From assembly GCA_964019335.1 (NCBI GenBank), contig OZ025686.1, forward strand, positions 516,318 through 580,317: DNA of 64,000 bases. The letters are read 5' to 3'. Below the pieces are notes generated by a model. It was not told the origin of the DNA. It did no database searches and saw only the letters and a list, made by a program, of their open reading frames with translations. Positions 22,977 to 34,559 of the stretch are shown here, one piece after another; position 1 is the stretch's first letter, and each line of letters opens with the position of its first letter. This DNA is from Diplonema japonicum. Lineage: Eukaryota > Protista > Euglenozoa: Diplonemea. Position numbers and translations under genes: made by a program.

Positions 22977-24599
22977 ATGAGGGCAACTCTTGCAGGCCTC
23001 GCGTTGCTGGCATCAGCATGCGTGGCACAGGATGCGAAATCAGCTGGTGTTGACGAGAAGGTAGCAGCGCTCCAGCACGCCTTTGATTTGGGTGCTCTTA
23101 CTCAAAGGGAGTTCAGGGCTGCCGTCTCGAGGGTGAGTGGTTTGAAGAAACACCTTCCTGCTGACCTTGCTAAGCAGCTGCCGGAGTATGTGGACTCAGG
23201 CCTTCTGAACAGGGCCGATGCCATTAGGGACCAGTATGCTAAGGTGCAGCATGTGCCGAGTGATGGCAGGAATAAACTTGCTGCACTCATGCCGAATGAG
23301 GGGAACTCGGTTGCGGTGCTTGTTGCGGACAAACTCGAGCTGCGTACTGGCTCCGACACAGAAATCCTTTTCAGACAAGAGTCGAACTTCATCTACACTT
23401 CTGGCTTCGACCACCCAGGTGCCAAGCTTGTAATCGGGCTTGACCCCTCAAGCACCGTCATCCCGTCTGGCAAAGGATGGCTCTTCGTGCCTAAGGGGGA
23501 CCCGGTGTGGGTGGGGAGGACCGAGACCCTTGACGATTACAGGAAGAAGTACGACGTAGATGATGTGTACTGGATCGAAGACTTCAACAATGTGATGGAC
23601 CAGTCCGTCCACCCCGATAAGGTGTTCACCTTCGCAAACGTCGATATCTGGGGAGACCATCCGCCCCCATGTGCGGAGACTGCCGAGCACGACACTACGT
23701 CTCTGCGATACTTCCTCGGGTTGGCACGTGTCAGTAAGACCGACAAGGAGATGGAACTGATGCGTGTGGCGTCTTTGATTGCCGTCGAGGAGCACAAGAC
23801 CATCATGACACACATCACGTGTGGTATGTGGGAGTCGGACGCAGAGTCGCTGTTCAGGTACGTGGGGCACAACTACGGTGCGCGCTTCCAATCATACATC
23901 CCCATTGTGGGGTCAGGGCCTAACTCCGCAGCACTGCATTATAACGATAACGATCACATTATCGCGCAGGACAGCTGGCTGCTGGTGGACGCTGCTGCAG
24001 AGCTGGGCCCCACGAGGAACGGTGGCGGGTACACGTCGGATATCACAAGGACGTGGCCGTGCTCAGGTGTGTACACACCGCAGCAGAAGGCCATCTACGA
24101 TGTGGTGTATGCGGCGCAGAACCAGTGCATTGAACACGCTGTTGTGGGCGGGAGTCTGTCCAAAGCTACTAGCCATTCAGACAGAGCGCTCGTACAAGGG
24201 CTTATCAACATCGGTATCTTGAAGGACGGGACCGTAGATGAAATGATTTCTGCGAGGGTCCAAAAACTCTTCATGCCACACGGGCTTGGGCACGGGCTGG
24301 GCCTTGATGTGCACGATGTCGGGTCCTTGTCCCCTTTCGTCGATGGCAACGTTATCACGTGCGAGCCGGGCATCTATTTCTACCCGTCCCTGCTGGATCC
24401 TGCCTATGAGAACCCTTCCACCTCGAAGTTCCTCAACAAGCAGCTAATCGAGTCGCAGTACATCCACCTCGGCGGCGTCCGCATCGAGGACGTCATCCAC
24501 ATCACAGCCAATGGGCCTGAGAACCTCTCGAAGGACCTCCCGAGGTCCTCAGACGAGATCCAGGCATTCATGTACGCTGCCAGGGCATCCAGAGTGTGA
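22977..24599 (+). CDS. Xaa-Pro dipeptidase/aminopeptidase P (M24B) with signal peptide and N-terminal SHOCT-like helices
   Basis: Motifs FRQESNFIY.SG, ALHY, LLVDAA.E, YTSDITRTWP, PHGLGH.LGLDVHD, TCEPGIYF and GGVRIED. N-terminus MRATLAGLALLASACVA. Confidence 0.9.
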   Translation: MRATLAGLALLASACVAQDAKSAGVDEKVAALQHAFDLGALTQREFRAAVSRVSGLKKHLPADLAKQLPEYVDSGLLNRADAIRDQYAKVQHVPSDGRNKLAALMPNEGNSVAVLVADKLELRTGSDTEILFRQESNFIYTSGFDHPGAKLVIGLDPSSTVIPSGKGWLFVPKGDPVWVGRTETLDDYRKKYDVDDVYWIEDFNNVMDQSVHPDKVFTFANVDIWGDHPPPCAETAEHDTTSLRYFLGLARVSKTDKEMELMRVASLIAVEEHKTIMTHITCGMWESDAESLFRYVGHNYGARFQSYIPIVGSGPNSAALHYNDNDHIIAQDSWLLVDAAAELGPTRNGGGYTSDITRTWPCSGVYTPQQKAIYDVVYAAQNQCIEHAVVGGSLSKATSHSDRALVQGLINIGILKDGTVDEMISARVQKLFMPHGLGHGLGLDVHDVGSLSPFVDGNVITCEPGIYFYPSLLDPAYENPSTSKFLNKQLIESQYIHLGGVRIEDVIHITANGPENLSKDLPRSSDEIQAFMYAARASRV

Positions 24600-24809
24600 T
24601 ACCTTTTATTTGACAAACGTTTAAACAAGTCTCACTCGGGATCACCGGGGCCACACCGCGTGATTGTTATTGAAGCTTCTGGTTCCGGATCGTGTGTAAT
24701 ATAATTCTTCTGTCTTTGTTTTCCAGAAAACAGTGCTTTGACTATTTGAACATGTGTGCAGGCAAAAAAAAAAAGAAAAGAAAAAAGAAAAAAAATACAC
24801 CAGCACATT

Positions 24810-25496
24810 ATGCAGTATCCCGGTGCTAACGAGGAGTACGTGCTTGTTGATGCTCAGGGGAATGAGATCCCGATTAGCAGGGAGGAAGCCCTAGCCGCAG
24901 GTGGTGAGGGGTCGAACTACAACAAGGATGTAGGTGGAGGTGGTGGGCAGGACGGCGAAAGAGGTTTCGGGAAGTACATCATTGGGGCTGCAGCTGGCGG
25001 TGCTGCGTACCACGTGATTTCGGGAATGATAAAAAAAAAGCCGCAGCAGAAACCTGCGCAGCAACAACAACAGCAAGGCTACCCCCAACAGCAGCCTCAA
25101 CATGGAGGAGGCTACCCTGCGCCTATCAACTATGGCGCTGGTGGATACCCTCCTCAGCAGCAGCAGCAGCCCCCTCCTGGGATGGGGCGTGTAGAGCAGG
25201 GATACGGTGGATACCCTTCCCAGCAGCAGCAACAGCAACAGCAGCAAGCTTACCCAATGTACCCTCCCCCGAATTATCAGCAGCAGCAACCCTGTGCACC
25301 TGCTGCCGGCCCACAGATGGCCAACATCCAGAACCCCTACCAGCAACAAGGACCCGCTGGCGGGGGCATCGCTAACCCTGCGAATCCTTACGCTCAGGGA
25401 CCGAGTCCTGGTGGCGCGTACCCACCCTCCGCGCCACAGTCTCAATACCCTATTCCTGGTTATCATGGTGCCATGCCAGCAGGATACCAGGGATGA
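24810..25496 (+). CDS. Low-complexity Gln/Pro/Gly/Tyr-rich hypothetical protein
   Basis: Open frame with GYP/polyQ repeats and a glycine-zipper-like segment IIGAAAGGAAY. Confidence 0.7.
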   Translation: MQYPGANEEYVLVDAQGNEIPISREEALAAGGEGSNYNKDVGGGGGQDGERGFGKYIIGAAAGGAAYHVISGMIKKKPQQKPAQQQQQQGYPQQQPQHGGGYPAPINYGAGGYPPQQQQQPPPGMGRVEQGYGGYPSQQQQQQQQQAYPMYPPPNYQQQQPCAPAAGPQMANIQNPYQQQGPAGGGIANPANPYAQGPSPGGAYPPSAPQSQYPIPGYHGAMPAGYQG

Positions 25497-25968
25497 GCAA
25501 AACTGAGGAGAAGAAATACGAGATAAAAAAATAAATTAAAGACAATGTGGTATTTTGTGTATTCCTTTCCTTCCACTACCCCCTCCCCCGATTTGCCTTT
25601 GCTTTCTTCGTTTTTTTTTCCCCCATCCCTGCCGCTCGCATACACGGCAGAACTGACCCTTGTGATGGTGCGTGGCGTCACCACAATCTTCAGCAGTCGA
25701 AGGCACAGCCCGCACATCACTGCTCCTGTCACAGCACCTGCATCGTGTTGTTAAGACCCAAAACTGTGCCTGCGTTGGTTTGCAATACTTGAAAAGCGAG
25801 CCTCGTGGGCATAGCAGCAGAAGCATGGCGACTTAGTACCGTTTACCCCTTTTTTCTTCCTAACCTTCCAACCCTCCAAAGTTTGATTATATTTCTTCTT
25901 TCCGCCAAGAAAAGACAGTGACAGACAGTGGTAGGTTATTTACACGTTGATATTACAACATAAAAGAA

Positions 25969-26211
25969 ATGTTGCGCTTAGACTCAAAAACGATACCCGG
26001 GATGAATGGGAACAGTGGCGGTGGGAACGGGGCGGCAAAGGGAGCCGCGGGTAGCATGGCTGCACAAGCAGCGCAACGCAAAGCGAACAAAGCAGCTGGC
26101 GCATTGATCTCGGGGATCGACGACTCGTCCTCTGTGAAGGACGTCGCGATACGTTCCAACCACGGGTTCGATGTCAAGGTGCACGACCACAACGAGGGGT
26201 TCCTCATCTAG
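25969..26211 (+). CDS. Small hypothetical protein
   Basis: GC-rich ORF in an AT-richer context with host-like codon use. The start is uncertain (25969 or 26002) and no recognisable domain is present. Confidence 0.4.
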   Translation: MLRLDSKTIPGMNGNSGGGNGAAKGAAGSMAAQAAQRKANKAAGALISGIDDSSSVKDVAIRSNHGFDVKVHDHNEGFLI

Positions 26212-26322
26212 CGGGTGGAGTTACACAGTTTAGTAGGTCTTTTGCTGCTCATTTCAACTGTTTCTCAATATTCTAACATCATACAGGCATACACATCCTT
26301 TCCCCTCTTAAGAACAAGCAAT

Positions 26323-27567
26323 ATGGACCGTGTCAGGGTCATGGAATCTCATGTTGTAAACACACCCCCCCCTTCCCCTTCCCCTTGCGCCACCCCTGCC
26401 GTGACTGTATGTGGTGCGGGGAACGCAGCGCATGTCATGGTGTCACACCTGAGCAGTTTGGGATGCGATGTGAGGTGGTTGGCACCGTTCGGGAACGAGC
26501 AGGAGTCTCTGGTGGAAGGGCTTAAGAAGCACGGCGGGATTCTGATGAATGGGAAAGTTGGGAAACCCAGGGTGGTGACCAAGAGCGCCATGGAGGCAAT
26601 CCCAGGGTCGAAGTTCGTGTTTATCCCCCTTCCTGTATTCGCTCACGAGGCGACCCTGCGAGCAGTGGTGCCCTTCTGCGAGGAGGACTGCGTCATCGTG
26701 GTGCTCCCTGCAACGGGCGCGTTCGACTGGACTGCGGAGAAGGTCTTTAAAGATCTCAACAAGAGAGTTGATGTGGCAGGTGTTGGGCCGCTGCCATATG
26801 TATGCAGGACTCGAAAATTCGGGGAAGAAGTGAACCTGCTAGGCGTGAAGTCCCGTGTCGGGATGGCGTGCACGAAGGGTGCAGACGCGAAGGCCATCGC
26901 AGGGCAGATCGAGAACATGCTCGGCTTCCAGGTGGTTGTGTTCCCTTCGTTTCTGTCGATCACGCTGACACCCACGAACCCCATCATGCACCCTGGGAGG
27001 ATGTATGGGATGCTGGTGGCGAAAAAGTACTGGAGAGAGAGCACGCCTCCGCTGACGAAGAACGTGCTCTTCTACGATGAGTGCGACGAGGTATCAAGCC
27101 AGTGGATCCACAGGCTGGACAACGAGAACCAAATGATCGTTAAGAAGCTGGAGGAGCTCCTTCCTGGTTGCATCAAAGATTCTGTTTTACCAGTCAATCA
27201 GTATCTGAAATGGGCATACGGCTCCAGCATCACAGACCACTCCTCAGCAGGTGCTTGCTACAGAACCAACAAGCAGTTCCATGGCGTGGCATCGCCTCTG
27301 CTTGAAGTAGCACCTGGGTATTGGGTGCCCAATTTCAAGTCCCGTTACTTCACGGAGGACATCCCTTTCGGGCTTCTCACCAACAAAGGGATAGCGGAGC
27401 TCATAGGTGTGCCCACACCCAGCATGGACTGTGTTATCGAGTGGGCACAACATGAAATGGGTAAAAAGTGGATCGTGGACCATAAAATAAACCCTGACGA
27501 GACTCCCCAACAGACTCCCCAGGCCTTGGGCATGACGTTTCAAAGCTTTATTGCAATGTACTCATAG
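26323..27567 (+). CDS. Opine (octopine/tauropine-type) dehydrogenase, NAD/NADP octopine/nopaline dehydrogenase family
   Basis: Rossmann motif VCGAGNAAH, then LPYVCR, NPIMHPGRMYG, FY, and PNFKSRYFTEDIPFGL..KGIAEL.GVPTP.MD.VIEWAQ. Confidence 0.88.
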   Translation: MDRVRVMESHVVNTPPPSPSPCATPAVTVCGAGNAAHVMVSHLSSLGCDVRWLAPFGNEQESLVEGLKKHGGILMNGKVGKPRVVTKSAMEAIPGSKFVFIPLPVFAHEATLRAVVPFCEEDCVIVVLPATGAFDWTAEKVFKDLNKRVDVAGVGPLPYVCRTRKFGEEVNLLGVKSRVGMACTKGADAKAIAGQIENMLGFQVVVFPSFLSITLTPTNPIMHPGRMYGMLVAKKYWRESTPPLTKNVLFYDECDEVSSQWIHRLDNENQMIVKKLEELLPGCIKDSVLPVNQYLKWAYGSSITDHSSAGACYRTNKQFHGVASPLLEVAPGYWVPNFKSRYFTEDIPFGLLTNKGIAELIGVPTPSMDCVIEWAQHEMGKKWIVDHKINPDETPQQTPQALGMTFQSFIAMYS

Positions 27568-28424
27568 AACTGCTCAAAGGAAGGAAGAAGGGAAAATTGC
27601 TGTGAAATCATGTCAAAGGTCTTCCTCAAGGAAACTTTGCGGGTTTTCCTTTTTTTTTCTCTCTTCCGTCACGAGAAGCAGCGACGAGATAAAGAAAAAA
27701 AAAGCTATTTATTACCACAGCGAATAACAAAATTTTTGTGTCACCCAAGGCCGAGTCATAGAGGTGTGAATAAGGTGGTTTTATGTTTATTCCCCTCAAT
27801 TCTATTTCATTCAGCCCTAATCAGGAAAAATCAACAACTAGGCCAAAAGCCCCCCCCGGCAAAAAAAAAGTCCTGTCGAGCAGACTACTGCAAGGTCTTT
27901 CAAAATTAGAAGAAAAAAGTGTGGTGTCCAACAACTGTTTTGGCCAGTGCGCTGCAATGACAGACAAGTTGGCTTAAAAACCTGTTTTCTGGAGCGAAGT
28001 TGGTGTAGTGAATGAAAGTAAAATTGAGAGGGAGTACGTTAATATAGTGCGTAGCAAAGCCCCTCAAGCAAACAAAATTTCATAGAAAAAAAGAATGCTT
28101 TTAAAAAAGGGTCTATATTTCTTTGTTTTTTCTTCTTGCAGGGCACTCAGCCTTTGATTTCTTCAAGGAGGCCTTGGCTAAGATCCCCTGCAAGCACCCT
28201 TCCCTTTTTTTTGCATTGTTAACAAAAGAGAGGGGTCGACAAAAACAAAAATATACAGCGCCCTCGGATACTTCTTTTTTTTTCTCCCTCTTCTATTTCA
28301 CACTGGTAACAATTATTTTCCTAACGCGTACACCTCTCGCTGCCCAACTGTGGGTATACTACTTTCTCTCTCGTTTATTTTATTTTTATACTTGCTCCAA
28401 ACAGAACCATTATCTAGCCCAGGA

Positions 28425-30192
28425 ATGTATGGCTTGGGTAGGCAACAAAGATTGAAAGTCAAGCACCTCCGGAAGGTAGCAATATGTGGGTTTGCCTTAA
28501 TAGCGATAGCGGTGTTGCTGCTGGAGACCGCAATGAATATCAATGTAATGGAAGGAGCACCGCCTATAGGTGCAGGGGGTGCTCATGGTTCCGGTGATGT
28601 GGGAACGACGCCGCAGCCACAAGCTGCAACGGTGAACAATAGCAAGCGTTTTGAATCTCTCAGCGGGAAGGGTGTCCTGAGCAACCTTGGCCCCCACCGC
28701 AACCTTCGGAGGCTCCTGCACAAGAGGTCTGACCTCTGCGGTGCCTGCGGTGTCGCGAACGACCACAAACAACCTTCCTTCTGTTCCATAGACGAGGCCG
28801 ACCCCTTCCAAACAGCTCCAATCGAGTGGGAACTAAACCGAAAGCCCAGAAATGCAGAACACGAGGTTCCAAAAAAGCCAACCCTCGTGTACATAGCAGT
28901 GGGAGGCACGCTGCATGGCGTTGCAGAGGGTGTTAAAGGAGGCAGGCAGGACTACGTGGAGGAAAGCATCCGGCAATGGCGTCTCTTCAACCCTGCTAGC
29001 GAGAGCCACGTGATCCTCGTGGTGTCCTCCAACTACAAGGACGACACCATTGTGGCCTCGTGGGCCAAGAAGTACACTGTGGAGCTGATTTTCGAATCGG
29101 ACATTGAGCGCACTGCCGAGCGGGAGACGTACCGCAAGGTGTTTTACATACAGGGCTACATGCACCCGGGGGGGTCACGGAAGGACGGGAACAAGGATTT
29201 CAACAAACTTGTAATGGAGCGCTTCCACATTCTTCACTCTGTGATAAGGATGCGGAAGCTAAGGCATGTGCTGCACTTGGAGAACGACATCATGGTCTAC
29301 CAGAACTGGGCTTCTTACCTGCCCTATATTATCAACTGCGGAGCGAACCTTGCGTCGACCTTTGCATCGCCGAAGGGTGTGATCCCTGGCGTGGTGTACG
29401 TGAGAGACGAGGGCGCACTGACGAAGATGCTGAAGTTTGTGAACGACCTTCTGGTGTGCGGGTCGACGTGTGTGGGGGTCACATCTGCAGATGCCTGTCA
29501 CGGACCATACTGCCACTGGACGAAGGAGGGGGCCGAGTCGTACAAAGGGAACTGCCAACCGAAGTTCGGCTACGCACTGAACAAGAGGCTGAAGATGGGA
29601 ACCTACGCCAATGACATGACGTATCTTATGAACTACTGGCAGTACTACGGCAGCGCCGACCTTGCGCCCCTCCCTGCATGGGATCACGGAAAGGGGGAAA
29701 ACTGTATTTACGAACAAAGCGGGAAACAAATCTTCGACCTTGCCTCCTTTGGACAATGGTACAGTTTCTCACCGCCGGACAGGGACCCGCCCAAGCCCGA
29801 CAAGCAGTATGTACAGGCCATGAAGGTATGCTACATTTTTCCAAAGAAAGGAAAGAGAGAAAAAAGACACCCTGAGTAATAGCTCCCTTTCAGAAAACAT
29901 TCTAGTTGTTACGTAACTCACCCTTAAGGCTTGTTTTCTGAAAACGCTCGAAATCAACACCCCTAGTTTTTACATAAAATTTGTTGGATTCTTGAATTTT
30001 AAGTCTGCTATCGGCTTTGGATAGTATTTCCAAGAATCCATGTAACAGTAACCCAATTAGGGGTAGTAGAACGTCCTGCCTCCCTGTCGAAGGCAATTTA
30101 AAGGATGTCCCCACTCTGTGACACAGTGATAGGGAAAAGCATTTAATCACGGTCGAATTTAAGCTATCATATTTCCCCAGGGTAAGGCTGGG

Positions 30193-30224
<32 letters not shown>

Positions 30225-30390
30225 ACACACACATACACAGAAAAACCGGTTCCTCGACCCCACGCCGCCGCCTTACATCAAATGGATCCCAGATGCGAAT
30301 GGCAGAAAGGTGCCTTGGTGGAAAGATTTTAAGCTTATGTCACTTCATGTGCACGGCAAGAACCTAGAGCGGTTCCGATCTGTTGATTAG
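28425..30390 (+). CDS. Type II membrane glycosyltransferase-like protein; one 415-nt intron 29826-30240
   Basis: N-terminal TM, ERF..L, HLENDIMVY, NDM and IFDLASFGQW. Splicing GTATG(29826)..ACAG(30240) adds an in-frame last exon ending SLHVHGKNLERFRSVD*. Confidence 0.72.
29869..30183 (+). ncRNA. Candidate structured RNA or foldback element inside the long intron
   Basis: Nested stems: 29888-29899/29932-29943 (12 bp perfect), 29959-29968/30055-30064, 29985-29994/30031-30040. Closing pairs 29869-29874/30178-30183 and 29879-29884/30162-30167. Family not identified. Confidence 0.4.
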
Positions 30391-30470
30391 TAATTCTTAA
30401 GTATTAACGGCTCTTTGGCAGTGAAGAAAGCAATTTGTTATCATCAGTACCAAATAGGGATGTGAGGCAT

Positions 30471-30935
30471 ATGAATGCCTTCATCACAGCTGGCATTGTG
30501 GGGGCTTCTGTTTTAGTGCTGTGTGCTTGTGGGGTGTTCCTTTACTGGTACTATGCTGTCGATGTAAGTGATGTGGTGCAGGGTCAGGAAGAGGTCGCAG
30601 TTGGCCACGAAGCGAATACGGCACATATCTACCCCACCTACCCCATCTACCCCACCGATCCTTTTTGCACAGTGATAGAAAACCCTGTTCACGAGGCATC
30701 GACTTTTGCCATCTCTGCCACAACCCCTGAATTACTTCCTTGCCGCCCAATTTCTGATAGCTCTAGTAGTAACCCTCCCCACTCCAACCTCGTGACACAT
30801 TATTGCGCTGCATTATGCATTCTTGCGATGACAGCCCGTGTTCCTTTCCTCAACCCCCTATCTATCATTCTCTTTTCGCAGAAAATCACCCTCACCGCCA
30901 CCGGCCAGGAGATAGAAGCCTTGAATGACGGATAG
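30471..30935 (+). CDS. Hypothetical small membrane protein
   Basis: ORF with an N-terminal hydrophobic helix; no recognisable domain; 3' end uncertain. Confidence 0.35.
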   Translation: MNAFITAGIVGASVLVLCACGVFLYWYYAVDVSDVVQGQEEVAVGHEANTAHIYPTYPIYPTDPFCTVIENPVHEASTFAISATTPELLPCRPISDSSSSNPPHSNLVTHYCAALCILAMTARVPFLNPLSIILFSQKITLTATGQEIEALNDG

Positions 30936-31026
30936 TTGTTGCCTGTGTTCCTTTTTTTAAAATATTTTCTTGCTCTGTTTGCTCGCTCTTTACATTTCTC
31001 AGCTTTAACAAACAAAAAGAAATAAA

Positions 31027-31958
31027 ATGGCCATCGGTAAGAACAAGCGTTTGTCCAAGGGCGGTAAGAAGTCCACCAAGAGAAAGGTCGGTGACGTCAT
31101 GCTCAACAAGGAGTGGTACGACGTTGTCGCCCCCGCCGCCTTCCACACCAGGCAGTGCTCCAAGACCGTCGTGAACAAGTCCAAGGGTACTTTCAGCGCC
31201 GCTGACAGTCTGAAGGGCCGTGTGTTCGAGGTATGCATTTGCACACTCCCTACCACATCACCTACAGGTCTGCCTCGCCGACCTGATGAACAAGGCCAGC
31301 GAGTCCGCTGACGATGCCACCTACAAGAGCAGGAAGGTCCAGCTCAAGGCTGAGGACGTCCAGGGCAGGAACGTGCTCACCAACTTCCACGGCATGTCCA
31401 TCACCACCGACAAGCTGAGGTCGCTTCTCTCCAAGTGGTGCACCCTCATCGAGGGCTCCGTTGAGGTGAAGACCAGCGATGGGTACACCGTGCGTGTTTT
31501 CGCCATCGGTTTCACCAAGAAGAGGCAGTCCCAGGTAATTATCCCTTTTTGCTGACACTTAATATACCCCCAACACAGGTGAAGAAGAACTGCCACTGCC
31601 AGACTTCGCACGTGAAGAAGATCAGGACCAAGATGGCCGAGATCATCACCAGCACCGTGACCAAGAGCAGCTTGGAGAAGGTTGTGAAGAACCTCCAGCA
31701 GGACGTGATGGGTGACGAGATCAAGAAGGCCTGCGCTGGTATCTTCCCCCTCAGGGATGTCAACATCAGGAAGGTATGGCCTAGAAGATTATTGACACAC
31801 TTTCACAGGTGAAGGTTGTGAAGACCCCCAAGAACACTGTCGAGCGCCTGCTGGAGGCCCACGGTGGCTCTGACAGCATCCCCAAGTCTGTTGAGGGTGG
31901 CAGGCAGAAGATGGCTGAGGTCCCTGTCGTGACTGAGGTTACTGAGGCCGAGGACTAG
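31027..31958 (+). CDS. RPS3A: 40S ribosomal protein S3a (eS1), copy 1; introns 31231-31267, 31535-31578, 31774-31808
   Basis: [42 protein letters not shown] and [14 protein letters not shown]; the frame is restored by three short introns. Confidence 0.96.
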
Positions 31959-32111
31959 ACCTACCGCCAGTGTGAATCGTTATTATAGTATTTCGGGTGC
32001 AGAACAAATGACGGGCGGTGTTTGTTTGATCAGTGGATGGATCGAATCAGTATTCTGCCAGAAGCGTGCAGCCTTCACTTTCATACAGGTCCCAAGTTTC
32101 TTTAATACAAA

Positions 32112-33044
32112 ATGGCTATCGGTAAGAACAAGCGTTTGTCCAAGGGCGGTAAGAAGTCCACCAAGAGAAAGGTCGGTGACGTCATGCTCAACAAGGAGTG
32201 GTACGACGTTGTCGCCCCCGCCGCCTTCCACACCAGGCAGTGCTCCAAGACCGTCGTGAACAAGTCCAAGGGTACTTTCAGCGCCGCTGACAGTTTGAAG
32301 GGCCGTGTGTTCGAGGTATGCATTTGCACACTCACCTTCCACATCACCTACAGGTCTGCCTCGCCGACCTGATGAACAAGGCCAGCGAGTCCGCTGACGA
32401 TGCCACCTACAAGAGCAGGAAGGTCCAGCTCAAGGCTGAGGACGTCCAGGGCAGGAACGTGCTCACCAACTTCCACGGCATGTCCATCACCACCGACAAG
32501 CTGAGGTCGCTTCTCTCCAAGTGGTGCACCCTCATCGAGGGCTCCGTTGAGGTGAAGACCAGCGATGGGTACACCGTGCGTGTGTTCGCCATCGGTTTCA
32601 CCAAGAAGAGGCAGTCCCAGGTAATTATCCCTTTTTGCTGACACTCAATATACCCCCAACACAGGTGAAGAAGAACTGCCACTGCCAGACTTCGCACGTG
32701 AAGAAGATCAGGACCAAGATGGCCGAGATCATCACCAGCACCGTGACCAAGAGCAGCTTGGAGAAGGTTGTGAAGAACCTCCAGCAGGACGTGATGGGTG
32801 ACGAGATCAAGAAGGCCTGCGCTGGTATCTTCCCCCTCAGGGATGTCAACATCAGGAAGGTATGGCCTAGAAGATTATTGACACACTTTCACAGGTGAAG
32901 GTTGTGAAGACCCCCAAGAACACTGTCGAGCGCCTGCTGGAGGCCCACGGTGGCTCTGACAGCATCCCCAAGTCTGTCGAGGGTGGCAGGCAGAAGATGG
33001 CTGAGGCCCCTGTCGTGACTGAGGTTACTGAGGCCGAGGACTAG
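32112..33044 (+). CDS. RPS3A: 40S ribosomal protein S3a (eS1), copy 2, tandem near-identical duplicate with the same three introns
   Basis: Near-identical to 31027-31958, including the introns. Confidence 0.96.
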
Positions 33045-33136
33045 AAACTTGGCAGAAAAAAGACTCGTCTTTTGGGATCATACTTTTATTAATAGTATTG
33101 CGCAATAGAAAAACACAAAACAGGAAATCAAAGAAC

Positions 33137-34356
33137 ATGTCTCACCGTAAGTTCGAGCAGCCGCGTCACGGTCATTTGGGGTACCTTCCCCGTAAGAGGT
33201 GCCGCCACGTGAGGGGCCGTGTCAGGTCCTTCCCTGTGGATGACGCCACCCAGGCCCCCCACCTGACCGCCTTCATGGCATACAAGGCGGGTATGACCCA
33301 CATTGTGCGTGACCTTGACCGTGCCGGGTCCAAGATGCACAAGAAGGAGGTCTGTGAGCCCGTGACCATCGTGGACTGCCCCGAGATGGTTGTTGTGGGT
33401 ATCGTTGGGTACAAGCCCACTGCCAGGGGTCTCAGGGCTGTGTCCACTCTGTGGGCCCAGAAGCTCTCCGACAGCATGCTGAGGAGGTACTACAAATCCT
33501 GGTACGCCGCCAAGAAGAAGGCCTTCACCAAGTACACATCGAAGTTCGAGGAGAACAAGGAGGCCAGGGAGACCATGTACAGCCGCATTGAGAAGAACGC
33601 CACCGTCCTGAGGGTGCTCGCCCACACTCAGCCCAACAAGCTGAAGCTCGGCAGCAAGAAGGCCTACGTCGCTGAGATCCAGATCAACGGTGGGTCCATG
33701 GCCGACAAGCTGAAGTTCGCCCAGGGCCTCCTCGAGCAGCAGGTGACCGTTGGCCAGGTCTTCAAGGAGTCCGAGAGGTGCGACGTCATCGCCGTCAGCA
33801 AGGGTCACGGTATGGAGGGTGTGACCCACAGGTGGGGTGTGTCCCGTCTGCCCAGAAAGTCCCACAGAGGTCTGAGGAAGGTCGCCTGTATCGGTGCCTG
33901 GCATCCGTCCCGTGTGGCCTACACGGTGGCCCGTGCCGGTCAGAACGGGTTCCACCACAGGACTGAGCTCAACAAGAAGATCTACAAAATGGGTGAGGCT
34001 GCCGCTAAGTGCGAGAAGGGTAACGCCACCACCTCCATGGACATCACTGAGAAGCACATCACCCCCCTGGGCGGCTTCCCCCACTACGGTGTCGTCAACA
34101 ACGAGTACGTCATGCTCAAGGTATTTTTTCATTTCTTTACTTTAATATAACACAGGGGTCTGTCCCGGGGCCCGTTAAGCGTGTCCTCACCCTCCGCCGC
34201 CCTCTTGCCCCCCAGACCAGCAGGGCCGCTCAGGAGCAGGTGAACCTTAAGTTCATCGACACCAGCTCCAAGCAGGGTCACGGTCACTTCCAGACCCAGG
34301 CCGAGCGTGCCAAGTTCATGGGCACCAGGAAGAAGGACATCCAGAACTCCGCCTAA
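33137..34356 (+). CDS. RPL3: 60S ribosomal protein L3 (uL3); intron 34121-34155
   Basis: [36 protein letters not shown] and [10 protein letters not shown]; the last exon carries [16 protein letters not shown]. Confidence 0.97.
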
Positions 34357-34559
34357 ACACGAGGCTTGCCATTCCCCTTCCCCCTACCATAGGATACGAC
34401 ATACCGCTTCGCTGAGATTAATAGTGCAGAGAAAAAAAAAAAAAAAAAAAAAAAAAACTACCCAACCCATCATCTTTCATTGTTCAGTTGCACGTACTAC
34501 TTACAAACATACAGGAGTGAACTTTCGAGGACCTTTCCCCTCCCCCAAGAAGAAATATC

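Noticed and set aside
30045-30066. RNase MRP/P or telomerase RNA call for the intronic element
   Set aside because: Only a partial motif resemblance; no CR-I GAAAGUC partner and no clear telomere template.
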